The position numbers and the translations under genes are program-made. Positions 61,634 through 64,000 of a stretch of 64,000 nt of DNA are shown in pieces (within the stretch, counting starts at the first letter, position 1; each line of letters begins with the position of its first letter). The notes under the pieces are model-generated. The model had not been told where the DNA came from, searched no databases, and saw nothing but the letters and a program-made list of their open reading frames with translations. Source of the DNA: Candidatus Babeliales bacterium. Lineage in GTDB: Bacteria > Babelota > Babeliae > Babelales > JANWKD01. The stretch covers positions 640,001-704,000 of the forward strand of contig CAVRJM010000001.1 in assembly GCA_963722075.1 (NCBI GenBank), written 5' to 3'.

Positions 61634-63100
61634 TTACTCGGTCTCTAACTCTGTTTCAGATTCTAAATGATCTTTTTTACGTACAAATGAAAGCGCTTTT
61701 TTATTATCGTACCAATAACACAGTGGTATCGTAATTAACGGAATTAAACCCAGCACATAAAATGCATAATGGAAAATGTGCGCAAGATTTACTCCTACAG
61801 TATCTTGAAGATTTTGGATACCATAATATTGCATGCCAATTGAAACAATCATGGTAGAAAGGGCAACGCCAACGGTGGCTGATAGTTGCTTTCCTAATGC
61901 ATAAATTGCACTACCATCGCTTTTTAGATCTGAAGGAATCTCCGAAAAAATTGCTATTACATTTGGCGTTTGAACAATTGCAGATGAAGCACCTTCTAAG
62001 AAAATAAGAAAGGCGATTAGTAATGATGATGTTTGTGCCGTTACAAAAGTTAGTCCAAACATTGAAATTGCCATTCCTAATAAACCAGGAATAATAAATG
62101 GTAATGGCCCAAGACGATTATAATATCGTGAAACTATTGGCAAAATACAAATCATGCCAGGCGTAATTGCCGAAAGGATCCACCCTACCATAACGATATC
62201 CATATGCAAAGCATCTTGCAGGTATAACCCGGTAATAAACGTTGCACCAAGAAAAATAATATTTGCAGCGCATTGCACTATATTACCGATACTAAAAAGT
62301 TTAAACTTGAAAATTGACAATGAAAGCATAGGATTTTTACAACGCAGTTCGTTATATATAAAAAAGATCCCTGTTAAGAGAGAAATAATAATTAATAAGC
62401 CGAGCGTATAAATACTAACATGCGATTTTCCGATTTCTGAAAGCGCTATAAATAATGTTGATAAACTACCAGTTAATAATATAAATCCAAGCCAATCGAA
62501 TCTGCCTGTCTTTTTATTGGCAAGATATTCTTTTACCCATAGGTAACTCAATAGTAAACATACGAGCGACAACGGAATTTTACTAAAAAATAACCAACGC
62601 CATCCCCACATATTAGTAATATAACCTGCTAATAATGGGCCAACCGCTGGTGCAATAAGCGTTACTAAATTCATCCGTGAAGTAATAGCTGACCATTTAT
62701 ATTTGGGGATACTTTGAATCAATAGAGTCATACCAATAGGTATTAACAATCCGCCAGCAGCCCCTTGTATGATACGAAAAGTAATCAATTGGCTCAATGA
62801 AAAGGCAAATCCACATGCTAATGATGCTATCGAATACAGAACTTGCGAAAATAAAAAAGTTCTTCTCAAGCCATAGACATTGCCTAGCCAACTACTAATT
62901 GGAATTGCTATCGTTAACGCAAGCAGAAATCCAATAATAGTCCATTCTGCATTAGTCGGATCAATATTAAATGCTTGCGCAATATTGGGTAATGCTACGT
63001 TAAGCATCGATGCATCTAAGAGATCTATAAACCACACAATGCTATACAATATTGCAATTTTTATACCATATGAATCGAATTGGCTTTTTTGAGTATTCAT
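61634..63100 (-). CDS. MFS drug:H+ antiporter, DHA2 (EmrB/QacA) family
   Basis: LLDASMLNVALP, FRIIQGAAGG, APAVGPLLAG, WRWLFF, RFDWLG; ~14 TM. Confidence 0.9.
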   Translation of the reverse strand: MNTQKSQFDSYGIKIAILYSIVWFIDLLDASMLNVALPNIAQAFNIDPTNAEWTIIGFLLALTIAIPISSWLGNVYGLRRTFLFSQVLYSIASLACGFAFSLSQLITFRIIQGAAGGLLIPIGMTLLIQSIPKYKWSAITSRMNLVTLIAPAVGPLLAGYITNMWGWRWLFFSKIPLSLVCLLLSYLWVKEYLANKKTGRFDWLGFILLTGSLSTLFIALSEIGKSHVSIYTLGLLIIISLLTGIFFIYNELRCKNPMLSLSIFKFKLFSIGNIVQCAANIIFLGATFITGLYLQDALHMDIVMVGWILSAITPGMICILPIVSRYYNRLGPLPFIIPGLLGMAISMFGLTFVTAQTSSLLIAFLIFLEGASSAIVQTPNVIAIFSEIPSDLKSDGSAIYALGKQLSATVGVALSTMIVSIGMQYYGIQNLQDTVGVNLAHIFHYAFYVLGLIPLITIPLCYWYDNKKALSFVRKKDHLESETELETE

Positions 63101-63109
63101 CTTTTTCCT

Positions 63110-63784
63110 TTATATGAATTTATTTTTTTTTAATGAACTAATAATGTGCTCAAGTGAACCCATAATATGGTTGTTCATAAGTAAGGATGCTGTCTTAAAA
63201 TCTCTTTTTAAAACCGCGTCAGCGAGTTGTTCATGGTCTTTTTGATTATGCTCAAGATTATTTTTAATCATGGTAAATCCCATACGGCAATATCGATCAA
63301 ACCGGCGATAAATATCATGCCTCATTTGAAGGAGCGTTGGGGAATTACAACCGGCAATAAGCGCATAATGAAAAGCATAATTACGCTTAATCCATTCAGT
63401 ACAATCAGCACCGCTTTTTTCTTTTTCAATGAGTGATAATTCATACAAAGCAGCTACAATTGAAGCAGCCCATTTATCATCACCCTGTTCAATTGACTTT
63501 TTTAACGCAAGATTTTCAATATCAGCAAAAGTTTTATAAATATCACGGATATTTTCTTCTGAAATATCAGCAACATAAAATCCTTTATTATGTTGTATCT
63601 CAACCAAACCCAAACCTACTAACCGAGAAAGTGCTTCTCGAATTGGGCTTCCACCAATACCAAATCGTTGTTTTAGCTCCTCAATACGCAGTTTTTGACC
63701 TGGCTTTAAAGCAGTATCGATAATTTCTTGTTCTAACTGATCAAAACAGTGTTCCACTAAATTTGCATTATTCTCATTAAGCAT
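63110..63784 (-). CDS. GntR-family regulator with FCD domain (CsiR/GlaR-like)
   Basis: LKPGQKLR...SPIREALSRL...NKGFYV; FHYALI, DHEQL. Confidence 0.9.
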   Translation of the reverse strand: MLNENNANLVEHCFDQLEQEIIDTALKPGQKLRIEELKQRFGIGGSPIREALSRLVGLGLVEIQHNKGFYVADISEENIRDIYKTFADIENLALKKSIEQGDDKWAASIVAALYELSLIEKEKSGADCTEWIKRNYAFHYALIAGCNSPTLLQMRHDIYRRFDRYCRMGFTMIKNNLEHNQKDHEQLADAVLKRDFKTASLLMNNHIMGSLEHIISSLKKNKFI

Positions 63785-63801
63785 TTTAACCCTTTTATAA
63801 A

Positions 63802-63848
63802 ATTGCTATTTTATCGATATTATATAATTTTATCGATAAAATAGCAAT
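63802..63848. promoter_or_regulatory. Inverted-repeat operator upstream of the gntR operon
   Basis: Perfect 18-bp inverted repeat ATTGCTATTTTATCGATA-N11-TATCGATAAAATAGCAAT. Confidence 0.7.
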
Positions 63849-63957
63849 ATAATTATTTTTTTGGAAAATTAGGTCTCTAAATAGCCGGTTAAACCTGACT
63901 TTTGGAATATATGTTGTATAAGCTTCCCAATAACCCGACAAGGAATCCAATTTATAA

Positions 63958-63992
63958 CTGGATTCTTACGGCCTAAAAGGCCTCAGAATGAC
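63958..63992. repeat. REP/RPE-like arm
   Basis: CTGGATTCTTACGGCCTAAAAGGCCTCAGAATGAC; same ends as 52481-52510. Confidence 0.7.
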
Positions 63993-64000
63993 GAAAGGAG

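Overview
AT-rich bacterial window. Gene content (many signal-peptide ankyrin proteins, no biosynthetic operons) suggests an intracellular parasite of protists such as Ca. Dependentiae/Babelota; this is inference. Core part: the str-S10-spc-alpha ribosomal supercluster (10723-29791, minus strand; rpmD absent; rpmJ missed by the ORF track), plus sbcC, rseP, rplM, pepP, murC, yidC and recR. Accessory part: (i) an effector-like gene split by an IS1202/ISNCY-type element (17-bp target duplication) that is itself split by an IS701-type element; (ii) a tandem array of secreted F-box-like/ankyrin paralogs with a 231-bp IS5 relic; (iii) secreted proteins with SOCS/BC-box-like motifs and one with a bipartite NLS-like motif; (iv) two large paralogs with a His-Gly...Cys dyad resembling clan CD cysteine proteases; (v) three tandem GH1 glycosidases with signal-like N-termini; (vi) a GntR-MFS-O-methyltransferase operon with a palindromic operator; (vii) dispersed REP/RPE-like palindromes carrying six copies of a second ~30-37 bp hairpin module. 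No rRNA, tRNA or CRISPR array was seen.
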